Source of the DNA: Octopus vulgaris
Taxonomy: Eukaryota
NCBI GenBank assembly: GCA_951406725.2
Contig: OX597827.1
Span: forward strand, 65,968,001 to 66,032,000
Reading direction: 5' to 3'
Length of the DNA stretch: 64,000 nucleotides
Part shown: positions 26,529-41,483 of the stretch, piece after piece
Position numbering within the stretch: position 1 is the stretch's first letter
Layout: each line of letters opens with the position of its first letter
The notes under the pieces: generated by a model
Databases searched by the model: none
Told to the model about the DNA's origin: nothing
What the model saw: the letters and a program-made list of their open reading frames with translations, nothing else
Position numbers and translations under genes: made by a program

Positions 26529-27166
26529 ATACATTCGTGGACGTATGTTTATATATCGATCATTGAAAGAAAAGAATGTGGGTCAATGGGTCAGTAATAG
26601 AAATCGAAGGGGACCATCAGCAGTTTCAAGCACCAAAGCATAGAAGTTTCCATAAAGCTAAGAACACACAATATTAAGAAGTGCATATGTTTTTAGTGCT
26701 AAGAGGAAAATGTGTTTGCGAGAAAAATCATTGAATTATAGTGAATTGCGAGTGTAACTTACACTTAGATAATAAAAAATTGAGAAGATGTATTTATAAA
26801 TATATACGTGCAAGTTAACTGAATTACCACGACATAAAAAAAAGCCCAAACTATAAAAATTCCAATACGCTAATATCCGGATATAACGATCAAAACCATA
26901 ATATTAATATGTTATAAATCGATCTATGTAAGCTGAGTATTCGATTAGATATTTATATAGAAAATATCATGAATAATAAAGTCCGGAAATAAAAAAACAC
27001 GTAAAGCAAGTTGTAAAGCGTAAATGATTCAATTATCCCTTCACTGAACAAGACTTTCTTATTCTCTGCATCTATCTCGTTCAGAGTTGCAATTCGCACT
27101 CATTCAGGTACACATACATACACAATCATACACACATACAATATCACGCGTACGTATATACCCGTA

Positions 27167-27217
<51 letters not shown>

Positions 27218-27254
27218 GTATATATATATATATATATGTATATATACGCGTAGG

Positions 27255-27302
<48 letters not shown>

Positions 27303-27402
27303 GAATGGACTCTCTCGTCGCTAGACGACGTATAAGGGTTCAACAATTTCTCATCGAACAACCACATAGGTCATTTGTTTATAGTTATCAAATGTTTCTA
27401 CC

Positions 27403-27606
27403 CATAACCTCAGCCTCGCCCCCCCCCCATCAAATCGACATTACCTGTGGAGGTGCAATGTGTGCCACATGTCACATGACGAAATGATCGCAACGTGAAA
27501 TGAAGTGCTTTGCTCAAGAACACAACGCAATACCCGGGATGGAATTCGAAACCACGATCTCGCAATCATGAGTGCAACATCTTAACCACTGAGTGTTGAG
27601 CCTCCA
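27403..27606 (-). mobile_element. SINE family D copy
   Basis: caacgtgaaatgaagtgctttgctcaagaacacaacgca...cttaaccactgag...gcctcca; shared with 39229-39443. Confidence 0.75.
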
Positions 27607-27616
27607 CATATACATA

Positions 27617-27659
<43 letters not shown>

Positions 27660-27674
<15 letters not shown>

Positions 27675-27918
27675 ATGTATGTATGTGTGTATGTGTGTGT
27701 GTTTGTGTGTCTGTATTTGTCCCCCCTCCCCACAACATTGCTTGACAACCGATGGTGGTGTGTTTACGTCTCCGTAACTTAGCCGTACGGCAAAAGAGTC
27801 CAATAGAATAAGTACTAGGCTTACAAAGAATAAGTCCTGGGGTCGATTTGCTCGACTAAAGGCGGTGTTCCAGCATGGCCGCAGTAAAAATGACTGAAAC
27901 AAGTAAAAGAATAAAAGA
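27660..27918 (+). mobile_element. SINE family B right half
   Basis: Microsatellite followed by tttgtccccc...gactgaaacaagtaaaagaataaaag. Confidence 0.85.
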
Positions 27919-28063
27919 TTGTAAAAGTATACAGGATTTTCACGCAAAGATTGACGACTTTTTATGCATCCATTTTTCAGGAATAGCTTGATCTGTAGGT
28001 GTACATTCAACGGTTTTGGAGATCTTAAAGATTAAAGTTATAGTTAAGGAAAATTTATCAGAA

Positions 28064-28084
<21 letters not shown>

Positions 28085-28103
<19 letters not shown>

Positions 28104-28291
28104 GGACCGTTAGCCACTACACACATTTTTTTTTCTCTCCATGTTTCACTCCTTGTTTTTTTCTGTGTCCCTTTCCATAGTAGGCTCGAAACGTAAAAGT
28201 CTTTTTCTATTCTTGAGCGTTATACTAATACATTTGTTTGTTTTATACACCACCTGTCTTCGTCTTTTGTTATTTTTCGTAAACTTTCCCT
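28085..28291 (+). mobile_element. Family H1 copy (hammerhead core partly deleted), fused to a SINE B head remnant (28292-28362, minus strand)
   Basis: gccactacacacatttt...taggctcgaaacgtaaaag...ttttcgtaaactttccctata. Confidence 0.75.
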
Positions 28292-29540
28292 ATAGTAGAA
28301 GACACCACGCAGTGGGAATGAACCCGGAACCATATGGGTGGTAAGCAAGCTACTTACCACACGCCTGTTTAAATTAATAATACATCGAACTTTCTACTGG
28401 ATGTATTGAGTGCATCTTTCTTTCGTTTGGCCACTCAGGCTGTAGTCGCATCTCATACTTCGGTGACTTCCATATTCAGTGTTAGTTGACCAGATGAAGA
28501 ATATCATATTGTGAGGTATTAGGAAGTTTTCACTCGCTCAAGTATTTACATTGAATTTATTCTGTAGCAGTCAATTGCATTTTCTATTTGGTTTCAGAAT
28601 GTTATCTTGATCATTATGAATCTTATGATATCGACAAAAGCAAGTGAATAATAAAGCTTCTTTCTAATCTGACTGAGCCTTAGATGAGGAGTATGAGATG
28701 CGTGATAACCATAATTTAATATTTTCAGATAGATCGGGGAAAAAAATTGGTGGAATCTTTTCGGTTACACTTCAAATTTTATTATATTTTTTACAACAGG
28801 AATATTGAAAAATATTTAAATTTCATGTGATGTCACGGAAATACTGTGGTTAATGTTAACGGTAATTTTCAAGTTCTAATCTGGGATACATTGGTAAATA
28901 GTTTTCTTCTTTTATTCCTGTTACTTAGCATTAAAAGGGAAGCATCACAGTTCTAAAAGGATATGTTAAAAATTCATTTTTGTATGATTTACAAGTAATT
29001 TATAAAGAAAAATTCACAACCCCTGCAGCGCTAACATTAAAACGCCAGATGCCATTTTCCCTTATGTACAGACTGTTGTTAAAAGATAATGGCTACTTTC
29101 TTGCATACATAATGATTCGCTATCGAAATTCACTAACAGAATTGCGGTTTCTTGTGGATATTAATCACTTTCCAAGTTAGTATTCAGTAACCAAAGGGTA
29201 GTTAATAGGTTTTTGTACCAAACAGGATAAATTTGCATTCATGTTTATTATTGGCGCCATAGGCAAAGTCTCTGACATAATGCTATTGTTCCATAATGAT
29301 AAACTGAAAACTTTGAAAAATTGAATGATTTTGTCTCAAAATGCTTTGCTAATATTAACTAATTCATATTTATTTAGGTTATAGAGGAAAGCCATTTTGA
29401 AGTAGTTTTATTGTCCTTAAAGATAATACAGGCTTTGTGCGTATGATAACACGCACAAACTAAACTATCGTCCATATATAAAACTTTTGTTGACTGAAAT
29501 TTGCATATAATATCATGCAGTTAATGGAGTCAATATTATC

Positions 29541-29561
29541 CTCATCATCATCATCATCATT

Positions 29562-29599
<38 letters not shown>

Positions 29600-29623
29600 T
29601 ATTATTATTATTATTATTATTAC

Positions 29624-29699
<76 letters not shown>

Positions 29700-29725
29700 G
29701 TTATTATTATTATTATTATTATTAT
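29541..29725. repeat. Compound (TCA)n(TTA)n microsatellite
   Basis: Direct inspection. Confidence 0.98.
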
Positions 29726-30064
29726 ATTTCTCTTTGTATATCATGTTTTTTTTTCTTTTCTCTTATACACTATGGGTTCAGCAATGAAAATTCCTATACA
29801 TAAACAGTTTTCGAACTGTAATTCTATTGATTTAAAAGGTTGTGTATCTACTTTGAAGTAAATTCATTTATTTAAAAGACCCTTAAAGCGTCTTTGTATA
29901 ACAGTACGTGACGAACTGAAAGGTGAAAACTGAATCCGCTTGAAATGCTATAAAGTATTAAAGTGAAAATTAACGTTTCATATTGCTTAACACTTTAGAG
30001 TAAATGAATTTGCATTTTTCAATATACGTAAATATATCTATATCTATCTATCTATCTATTTTAC

Positions 30065-30142
<78 letters not shown>

Positions 30143-30240
30143 GTATGTCATCACTATATTTATCATCTATATATCTGTCAATCTATCTGTTTATCTATCT
30201 ATTTACCTAAACCTACCGACCAACCTATATACCTACCTAC

Positions 30241-30473
30241 AAGGCGGTGAGCTTGCAGAAACGTTAGCACGCCGGGCGAAATGCGTAGCCGTATTTAGTC
30301 TGCCGTTACGTTCTGAGTTCAAATTCCGCCGAGGTCGACTTTGCCTTTCATCTTTTCGGGGTCGATAAATTAAGTACCAGTTACGCACTGGGGTCGATGT
30401 AACCGACTTAATTCGTTTGTCTGTTCTTGTTTGTCCCCTCTATGTTTAGCCCCTTGTGGGTAATAAAGAAATA
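30241..30473 (+). mobile_element. SINE family A monomer, young
   Basis: Head plus one body unit; 15-bp TSD tatatacctacctac at 30226-30240 and 30474-30488. Confidence 0.93.
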
Positions 30474-30493
30474 TATATACCTACCTACCTACA

Positions 30494-30526
<33 letters not shown>

Positions 30527-31843
30527 GCATACATACCTGACTCCTTATCAGCCTGCTAACCTGCTTACGTGCCTGCCTGCCTGCCTGCCTGCCTGCCTTC
30601 CTTCCTGCCCGTCTATCTGCCTACCTGTCTGTCTGTCTGTCTCTCTGTCCATCTATGTAGCTAGCTAGAATATGATCAGTAGTATAATCTATGCAAGTGC
30701 AATAATGTTTTAGGCCCCCAATAACTATCTCCGCTCTCCCGCCTTTATAAGAGAGGGATAGTAGGCTTTTGACTACCGTAGAGAGAGGGTGAGCTTGGCC
30801 GGTACTTGCAGCTGATTCACAAATAGCTACATTTTCATTTTAGCTAAAATATACTACGAAGATGATCAAGAAGTAAAAATAGTGTATTTCAATTCAGACG
30901 GTAACTTGAGGTAACGTCTTGCTCTTTACTATTTGTGGGAGACTGAAACAACATCTTAGACGCAGGTTATAATTTTATGAGTATAAGTAGCGAGAGTTCT
31001 ATATCAAGAAAAAAAAGAATTTTTCGTGTGTTCTTTCCTCACTCAAAAACAGGATAGATTTCCGATTGGTAGCAAGGCTTTAGGAAAATAATATTCCTTT
31101 TAATAATGACAGTGACGGTTGTAAAACAGATGTTGTAGAGGTTATTTTTGCTAGTGGCTTAAGCTTGACGAAGAAACACATTTCGTAGAATGGTGCACCC
31201 TACACCAAAAATGGTAATACCTATACCCTATCCCTTGTGGAACTTACAGGGGGTTGGCATTACATTCTTCATTCTATTATTACTTCTTGTTTCTCCAGCT
31301 AATAATCGGTCAAGCCAATAATCGTTAACTAATATTCCCTATCGATTTCGTATTAGACAAGACATTTTTATAGCAACCTCAAATTACTATTTATTACATA
31401 ATAAAGTTTCATTTAGTGATACCGACATTAAATACTTTCTTGTTGGCAGTACCATTACCAACTGTCATTATAATGGATGTCGTAGTTGCGTCGCTACTGT
31501 TTTTTATAGTTACCCTTAATACCTTAAACGATTAGGTGAGTCTGGTGTGGTGACCGTTTATCTTATTGTCATACCAACGGGTTTATTTAATACTTCACAT
31601 GTCTCCTGCCGTACACACAGGCTTCCTCTCTTGAAGTAATGTTTGAAATCATGTATTTTCATCGGTTTTCATCAAATTTGAGGGTATTTTTCGAAACAAA
31701 TTTCGAAAGAAGGGATCTATAGTTTTCATTTGCTGAAGACGCTACAACAAGGTATAAATATGTGTTTGCATTTCTGGTCAGTTATGTACTAAAAATTTAT
31801 CAACATTGAAAACATGTTGCATGATTCATAAGACAAATATATG

Positions 31844-32064
31844 CTCGTTTACTGTTTTACTCTTTTACATGTTTCAGTCATTTGACTGTGGCCATGCTGG
31901 AGCACCGCCTTTAGTCGAGCAAATCGACCCCAGGACTTATTTTTTGTAAGCCTACTACTTATTCTGTCGGTCACTTTTGCTGAACCGGTAAGTTACGGGA
32001 ACGTAAACGCACCAACATCAGTTGTAAAGCGATGTTGGTGGTGATGGGGCAAACACAGACACAA

Positions 32065-32146
<82 letters not shown>

Positions 32147-32283
32147 GACGGGATTTTTTCAGTTTCTGTCTACCAAATCCACTCACAAGGCTTTGGTCGA
32201 CCGGAGGCTATAGTAAAAGACACTTGTCCAAGGTGCCACGCCGTGGGACTGAACCCGGAACCATGCGGTTGGTAAGCAAGCTA
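31844..32283 (-). mobile_element. SINE family B
   Basis: Reverse complement of the consensus. Confidence 0.9.
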
Positions 32284-33025
32284 TATATATATATCATTTA
32301 CTCAAATACATGGCAATAAAAATTACGAGGTGCAATATCCGTAAAGGGATGATATTTATGGATATATTTAGTATATTTGATAATGTATTGAAACTTATAT
32401 CATCATAAAGAAAAAATGGAAATTCTGAAAGAGCTAACCTCTAAAAAACTTTCGAAAAGCATATACACGCAGTACCAACATGGGGGATATAATACTAAAA
32501 GAAAAGACATACAAAGAGTTAGAAACGTAGTTTTGAAAATGTAGCAATGTCTAACAAAAATGGAAGAAGAGTAGAATACTTTGAGGCAACAAAATTAAAT
32601 GAATTTCTATCTCACGGGAGCATTGATGATTCTTCAGAAACCTTCGTTAAACGGTTTCTAATTCATTATACTGAAATATCAAGAAGATTAATAGAGAATG
32701 TTGATCATTGATAAAAAGAAGCCTTTATCTGGTTTCATTACGAGAGGAATACAGAAAATATCAGAGGTGGTGAATAATAACTTATAACGTCATACTAATC
32801 GTAAGAATATGCGAATAGAGTAATAAATCAGGCCTAAAATCAAAACTTGAAGGTTTTCTGCTTTCGTGAATGTATCATGAAATATGCATTTCAAATATGC
32901 GTCAAATGTTGCATTTTAGGCATGCGCATACACACACACACACACACACAAAATTTACACAAACATTCGAATATGCACATATATTATATATTTTATCTTT
33001 TATACACACACAAACACTGACACAG

Positions 33026-33061
<36 letters not shown>

Positions 33062-33103
33062 ACATATATATATATGTACACACACATATATATATATGTA
33101 AGT

Positions 33104-33154
<51 letters not shown>

Positions 33155-33896
33155 TATATATATGTAAGTATATATATATATATATGCATTTGTAGGTGTG
33201 CATGTGTGTGTGAGTGTGTGTGAGTGTGTGTTTGTGCGTATACGGCAGGCTACACTTTCACTTTCATCAACCACCGACTATCATAGGTTGTCACAAGGCT
33301 TTAGGCGGCCCAATGTTATAAGAGGAAACACTTGCCCAAGATGCCACACAGTAGGAACGACTCCAGTTCGGAAGCAATAATCTTAAAACATAGGCACTCC
33401 TGCACATATCGATAATATAACATGTATTTCTATCTGGCAGCAATGAAATTCCAAGTAAATAACCCTTATAAATAGCAGTGTTGGTTTACAAAACATCTTT
33501 TGGCTAAAAACAATTTAAAGCTGCAGTGAGACACTGTAAACATGAAAGGTGTTAACCTTCGGGACAAAGCAATACTTCCAATCCCTTTATAAATTTTAGA
33601 GAAATAATTTGAAGACATTCTTAGAAAGTTTACAAATTAATATGATGTCAATGATATACAATTCCCTTGTAAGAAAACACTATCTAAAGTATATAGATAT
33701 ATCCAAATTTTAGACATTGGCTCATTTGTAGAAATTCTAACATGACATCTTCCACAGACGTGAGTTCGTCTACAACGGGGAAACTTCAACATTTCCTAAC
33801 CAAGGTTTATATATATATAAATATATATATAGAAAGTGCGTGTATACACACATACACACACACACATATATATATATATATTTATACATAGTTTAC

Positions 33897-33999
<103 letters not shown>

Positions 34000-34178
34000 T
34001 ATAATTTATATTCATGTGTTTAATAATTATTTGTATCCTTATCTTATATGCATATAAATAATATGCAATATGTATGTATATTATTATAATTATTAGTTTA
34101 ATACATAAATAAGTTGACATTTTTAATGTCCTAAATTTGATGAACCAACTATTGTTATTCTACATTTTCTTATTTGCA

Positions 34179-34228
<50 letters not shown>

Positions 34229-35042
34229 ATGTATGTATGTATGTATGTATGTATGTATGTATGTATGTATGTATGTATAAATGGTACACACGTATATAAC
34301 AGAATAGAGAACATATGTAATACACGTTTTGGGATTCGAAGCATAGTGTGTTATTATAGTTTCGTCTTTCAAAAGGGATTGGAAATCGCAAACGGAAAAC
34401 TTGAAACAGATCTCTATATAATGAGTATCTTTGTACTTCTCCTTGCTACAATTAAAACTGTTATTCAGTGTGAGATATCCTTTTGTTGCGACAACTTAAT
34501 CATAGTTTAATACAATTTCAAACGTCATTTTCTGTCAGATACATGGAGCTAACAAATGACTGAAATGTTGTCGTTTTTACGTAAACGATTTCAATTGAAT
34601 TTAGACATATCTTTAAGTGCATAACCATTATTTTTTTCACGATACGAGTTAATAAGCGTAAACATCTTGTTGGTTTGTATTCGTTACATTTTCCAGTTTG
34701 CTTATAATTTTTTTGTTTAAATTTATTATTGTGGGAGTTATTTATGTCTATCATTTTCTCATGTTTACCAACTTGAAAATATCAATGTTATATGGCATCG
34801 TTTTGTTTCCCTACAGGAATAAAGGCGTGCCCGCACGCATACATTCAGTCACAATCACAGAGAACTATTTACATGCAAATGCATGTTATACTTAGCGTTA
34901 TATATATATACACATATATATATACATGAATATAATGTATATATATATTTATATATATTTATATATATATATATACTTATATACACTAATATATGTTTAT
35001 ATTATATGTATATACATCCACACAAATATTTATTCATGTATA

Positions 35043-35095
<53 letters not shown>

Positions 35096-35705
35096 ATATA
35101 TATGTATCTATGTATATAATGCATATATATATACATGGACATACAAACACACACGCACATATATTTATATAATTATACACAGAATGAGAGAGAGACAGTG
35201 AGAAATAGAAAGATAGATTAGATAGATACATAAATAAATAGATAGATAAATATATAGAGAGATAGAAAAAATAGATAGGCAGACAGAGAGACAGATAGAT
35301 TGATAGTTAGATAGATATATTATGTATCCTTAAGTTGCATACTGATAGATACGCAGATACACGCACGTTCAAACACGAATACACTCAAGGCAGACCTACA
35401 AAGAGAGAAGCACACACACACACACACAAACAAATTAAACAAACACTAACACACACATTTGCATATGGATGTTTGCCGGTAGGTATGTAAACACAATCAA
35501 TGTGATTTCTTAAAAATATTTCCTCAATATGACGGCTGGTCGAATTTAAGCATTGCATTCGTTCATGTGATTTATGCATTTCAATATATAACAATAATTA
35601 TTTCCTCGGAAGTAGAACCGATTACTGTTTCATGATCATCTAGCTTTGTAAACATAGCGGTCTACTGTATTAATGGATACACACTTACATACATGTAGAT
35701 AAATG

Positions 35706-35764
<59 letters not shown>

Positions 35765-36029
35765 GTGTGTGTGTGTATATACATATATATATATATATAT
35801 ATAAATGCATATACATTTGCATACGTGTCTTAAAACATAAATCATAACCGAGTGCGTGGGAATGAGTATTAAATGCGAAAGAAATCAACTGTGATTGAAC
35901 TAAATGTAATAACGAAATTATCGACCACATGTACTTATAGAATTACCTACGTGCGAATGTGTGTCTTCCTGTGTAGAATCATGAAAAATGCCGGATACAC
36001 ACTCAGACATTGATATATATATATATATA

Positions 36030-36079
<50 letters not shown>

Positions 36080-36134
36080 TATATGCATACAAACACACAC
36101 ACGCGCACACACAAAGACACGCACACACACACAT

Positions 36135-36177
<43 letters not shown>

Positions 36178-36552
36178 AATATACACACACACACAACAAG
36201 AAAAGTAAAATGGAGTTTGGGTAGTTAATAAATGTTTATTCTTAAAAGCAAATTAATCACCATCCTTTACATATGTTTGAATCAATACTCAGTAAATACA
36301 AAGTAAATATTAAATATATATGACCTGAGCATAACATTCCATTGTATGTTTTATATATCTCTATGCATTTACTAAAAGTATATTAAACAAGCATATTTGG
36401 CACTTAAATGTGGCTAACCTTTAAGGGTGGATGTTACTGTAGCTTGTAGCCCCATGAGGACTCCTCCTCCATCTGGCTATTGACACACTTTCTGTGCTCT
36501 ATCAGTATTTGCAAAGGGAAGCCATCCTTCCCATCTTCAACCTGACAAGATA

Positions 36553-36597
36553 CACACAGACCCGAGTTTCTGAGTATTGATCCGTCATCAGCGTGTG
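36553..36597 (-). ncRNA. Minimal type-I hammerhead ribozyme motif with intact core
   Basis: Minus strand CACACG-CTGATGA-cggatcaatactca-GAAAC-tcgg-GTC-TGTGTG: helix I 6 bp, canonical CUGAUGA, GAAA and GUC. Confidence 0.68.
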
Positions 36598-36634
36598 ACA
36601 ATCACCGGTTGTCGATGTGAAGTGGTTCCCACTG

Positions 36635-36689
<55 letters not shown>

Positions 36690-37192
36690 TTCCAGTTACT
36701 GATCTCGAAAAAGTGACACGCCCGCAGCGAATTACAAGACATGAAATGTGTAATGGCTTAAAATTTCGAGGAAGATAGGCTCTTTTGTTTTGCTCAAGAG
36801 TTCAAGCGACCAAAGGTGTCAACATGTAACTCATGTAACTCTTCCAATATGTTTAATCATACATACGCACCCACATATATTACCTCATATCTCACTATAT
36901 TATTTGTATTTTCGCTCACCCAGCGGCACTAGATGCAAAAATGTCAATTACCTATTCTATTTCCGTGACTTGTTTGGAGTCGGAAAATTATGTTATTCGA
37001 TGGCATTCTTACAATTTCATCCCTACGTAAGTGAGGGATTTGTTCTTCGATGTTATATAATGCTACAAATTCAGAGATGAAATTTTGTTTGCTTAGAATA
37101 ATAAAAGCGGTGGTCTCCATGTAAGATTTATACGTTGCTATTACGATGGGTGTATCAGGAATGCATATAACTAACTAACACTAAGTCTGAAG

Positions 37193-37230
37193 TTACTCGC
37201 TTATACTGCGATTGCAGTATAAGCGAGTAA
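37193..37230. other. Perfect 17-bp-stem hairpin
   Basis: ttactcgcttatactgc-gatt-gcagtataagcgagtaa. Confidence 0.9.
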
Positions 37231-38307
37231 GGAAGTATGACCTATGAAGATGTAGGAAACAATTGGTTGCGCTTTGAGAAGAATAGTGTTTTACAGGATG
37301 TTCCATGTAAGCGATTATATGAGATTATGATGTGAGTATACTTCATGATAGGGTAATTTAGAACTTTGCAATCGTTGTCGTTAGAATGACGCTGAGGGAA
37401 CTGCAGGCAAAAATATACACGAGTGTGTAACGAATTCTTAGTCATATCCTCGTTGACATTGATGGCAAAGGAGTTATTAGTAGGAGATAACAAATTAAAC
37501 AATGGGTGAGATGATGGGAAATGAAGATAGCAGGGTGTATCAGAGGACGTGTAGTATTGAGTGGAGTAAGTCGGTGGAAATAACCAGGCACCATGCGGTA
37601 CGAGGAAATTGACAATTCGTAAAATAAGGACAGAAGACGTATACAGATTAATAAAAGAGATTTTATGCATTAAAAGCTACGAAGTAAAAGATTTCCATTC
37701 AATCACGATATGAGTGTACAGTACTAGGATATCTGGTGGGGCAATAAGAATTTCTTAGTAAAAGAGAAATGGTTTAGACTGTGTCAGAAATTTATCGATA
37801 CGATTTGAATTAGAATATGCATAGTAGCTGTAAATGATAGAAATGTATCCTTTTATGCACATGCGCACCCAAATATTTGAGATTTGTAAAATTAATTAAA
37901 TACATGTACACACACACATAAACGCGCGCATACTCACACACAGACACATACGCACACAAACATACATGTATGTGCATGTTTAATATATATATATGCGTGA
38001 TATAAAGATAAATTGTATATAAATTTATATATAAGGGAAGTGTTACTATACATGTATATAGGCCTTATTCAAAGAAGATTTTCTTCATAAATAAGTTTTC
38101 CTTTCTGGGGATATGTTATACAAGTTCCACTTATACGGGCTCCAGTTTTGTGCTATTATCAATTGATGGTTCTGAATTGTATCCGTATGTTTATGTACTA
38201 GTGTTTTTGTTTTTTTTTATATTAGTACTTTTCAATTCGGAAGTCCAGATGTCTCTATTGAGACTTCGTTCCTTCCGATACAATATAAATACTTGATAAT
38301 TTAAAGA

Positions 38308-38725
38308 AAACAGAGACTATACATGGAATAATCCTTTTCTTATCATAGTACAGTCAGTTAACAATTTCTTACATCTTTTCGCCTTCGACACGTTTCGGCT
38401 AAATGTTATTGTCCATATTTGCACCTTTAAAGTGTATTATGATGCTATAAAACAATGGCAACTTATGGGCATATCGGCTGCTATTTTCCCGCATCTCTTG
38501 AATGGAATAAATTCTCTATTCGAGAGAAGCAAAAAGAAAAAAAAAAAAAAGAAAGTAGTCGATATCCCCAGAAGAAGCCATTGTTTTATAACATCATAAT
38601 GAACTTTCAGGGTGCATATATGGACAATAACAATTGGCCGAAATGCAACGTAGGCGAAAAAGAATGTAAAAACTTGTTAACTGCATTATGATTAAAGAAT
38701 AAGTATTCTATACGTATTCTGTTTT
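38308..38725. repeat. Diverged inverted repeat (arms ~38308-38460 and ~38577-38725)
   Basis: For example ttattgtccatatttgcacc/ggtgcatatatggacaataa and tataaaacaatggc/gccattgttttata. Confidence 0.8.
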
Positions 38726-38873
38726 CTTTGAAATATGAATTATATATATATGTGTGTTTTGTGCGTGTGTGTATGTATGTATGTGTACATATGTATGTAT
38801 ATATATATAAATTTATATATGTATATATATATATATATATATTTATATATGTATATATATATATATATATATT

Positions 38874-38935
<62 letters not shown>

Positions 38936-39228
38936 AGTTAAATTTGAAAGTGCCACCAGAATGGACGAAAGCGCTAATATATGATATGTGATATAAGTTA
39001 TATGATGTATAAAAACATGTAATATACAAATAAATATATGTAAATATAAAACCTTCCGAATTTCTGAGCACCTCTTTTCTTCTAATATAAAATACCTGTA
39101 TATCATCTCCAAACCTTCTAATATATATATATATATATAGGCCCAACCAACCAATATATTGAAACATCCATAGATACTGTTTTAACCACATATGAACTTA
39201 CACACTTACGCTTAAAAATGATAATAAA

Positions 39229-39443
39229 CGCGCCCTTTTAAAACCTAGCCAATCTCATGGGCCCGGTTTCCCGATTTGTATGGTGTATGTGTTTCCCACC
39301 TGGACGGGATGCCAGTTCATCGCAGTTTTACTCATTTTTGCCAGCTGAGTGGGCTGGAGCAACGTGAAATGAAGTGTTTTGCTCAAGACCACAATCTTAC
39401 GATCATGATGCTGACACCCTAACCACTAAGTCATGCGCCTCCA
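39229..39443 (-). mobile_element. SINE family D copy with V-domain-like segment
   Basis: cgcccttttaaaacctagcc...ctggacgggatgccagttcatcgcag...ccctaaccactaagtcatgcgcctcca. Confidence 0.82.
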
Positions 39444-39566
39444 CACACTTATGTTTATACACAAATAAATATGTGGACGCATGATTTCATTAAATATATA
39501 AATATATAAATGCATACGTTGAACCTGACCTATATGCAAGTATACTTGCTTATACACGCTCTACAT

Positions 39567-39635
<69 letters not shown>

Positions 39636-40949
39636 AAGAGAGAGAGAGAGAGAGAGAGGGAGGGAGAGAGAGGTATGTGCTGAGTACTTATACAATTAGA
39701 TGCATAGCATTGTCGAAGAAATGTGCTTTGTAGTTTTTGATGATTTCAGTAATATTCCAAACCAATTCGGTTCTAAGACGCAAATAATCTGATGAAAGTC
39801 TGTTGAATTCTGTGATTATGACAGTGGAAACAAATAAATATAATCTTATAATAGCATTTTTATCTCTGTATATTTCTTTATTTTATCAGTACTTGTCTTC
39901 CATATATCCATATATTTCTTCTCATCCATTGCTTGTTGATTTAACATTTACTGAATATAGAAAAAATAGGTAGAAATATTGTTATCAGTTCTGTTTGTTG
40001 TGGTGGTTGTTTTTCTGATGCTTAGTAGTTATTATTGCTTTTGTTTAATTATTGTTATTAATGGTAGTATCAGTATGATGATTGCTGTTATTAGAAGTAA
40101 CATTAATAATGATATTAAGCGACGTTTGCGGTAGAGATAGTGTCGGCTTCTGAAGAAAAAACATCTTAAAATTGTAATTTTGATTTTACTGCAAAATAAA
40201 TTATATAAAGTTTGAAAGTTAAATTAAGCAGAAAGAGTACATAATCCCACACATAAAAAAAAAATGAAGAACACGGAAAATTATCTAAAGATATATTTCA
40301 GAATGGAAGTAAATAACATTAAGACGCCATTAAAAGTAGGTTAATATGTATTTAAATATTTTATATATTTTTGCTGGTCTGACTTCAGTTTCTCTTACAC
40401 ATATAATTGAATTGCTTTACATTTTCGTCAATTTATTTTACTCTGTATCACCAAACAATTAGGTTAGAAAATAACAATGTAATAAAAAAAATTAACTCTA
40501 TAGAAGCATTAAGTAGAGTGCAGCTTTAGTTTCTTCACCCAAATATATAACCTTTATTTATGTGGAGCAATAAACGTGACTCTTTATAATTATTTAAGTT
40601 GTTAGAACCGAGGGCAACTTATCGCAAATGCCACACCTCACCATCACGGTAGGAGCGGTTATATTTTTGATAATATACAAAGTGATTGTTTCATGGGCAT
40701 GATTGATTTGCAATTCAAAAGTATCGGCAAAATCAGTTGCACTGTGTCATATTAAAATAATAAACTGTACATCAGATAACGAATATGTGATATTGTACAC
40801 TTGATAAATATATAAGTGACTACTGCTCTAATGCACAACTATAGGACACTTGAGTCTAAAGTAATATAATTATAGTAATTACCGCTTGATTCAATTAATA
40901 TATTATACATAAAACCAAACTGACGGTGGAAAAAGATGGGGTGGTGTGC

Positions 40950-40991
<42 letters not shown>

Positions 40992-41005
40992 ACTCTCAGT
41001 ACCTT

Positions 41006-41251
41006 TGTAAAAAGTGGGTGACTATCGATATACAACTGGGAAGAATGGACCTAATCTTTATCACATGCCTGTAGAATACAGAAAAGCTGCTGGGCAAGGT
41101 TTCGCTCTCTTGGTGTTCCCGGACACCCATGTGTTGTGTGGACGCCCCCAGGCGACGAAGTAGACTAGCCCAATACGTAGATATAGATGTAGAAATCTAG
41201 ACGTCGAGGAGAAGTAGTAGAGAGTCGAGTTGAGTAGAAGGGATCCGAACA
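41006..41251. mobile_element. Possible solo LTR or LTR fragment
   Basis: GC-richer 246-bp block with TGT...ACA ends abutting a truncated SINE B; no TSD found. Confidence 0.35.
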
Positions 41252-41323
41252 TCTACTATAGCCTCGGACCAATCAAAGCCTTGTGAGTGGATTTGGTAGA
41301 CGGAAACTGAAAACAGCCCGTCG

Positions 41324-41355
<32 letters not shown>

Positions 41356-41399
41356 TATATATATATATATATATGTTATATATATATATATATATATAT

Positions 41400-41483
<84 letters not shown>

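Noticed and set aside
30660-31800. Microsatellite-free, coding-looking block (also ~24900-25520, 32330-32870, 37240-37780, 60200-61000)
   Set aside because: Frequent stops and no motif I can identify; probably ancient TE debris. Needs tBLASTx/Dfam.
39789-39835. CTGATGA...GAAAC with a weak stem
   Set aside because: No helix III/UH site or helix I complement; at best a very old remnant.
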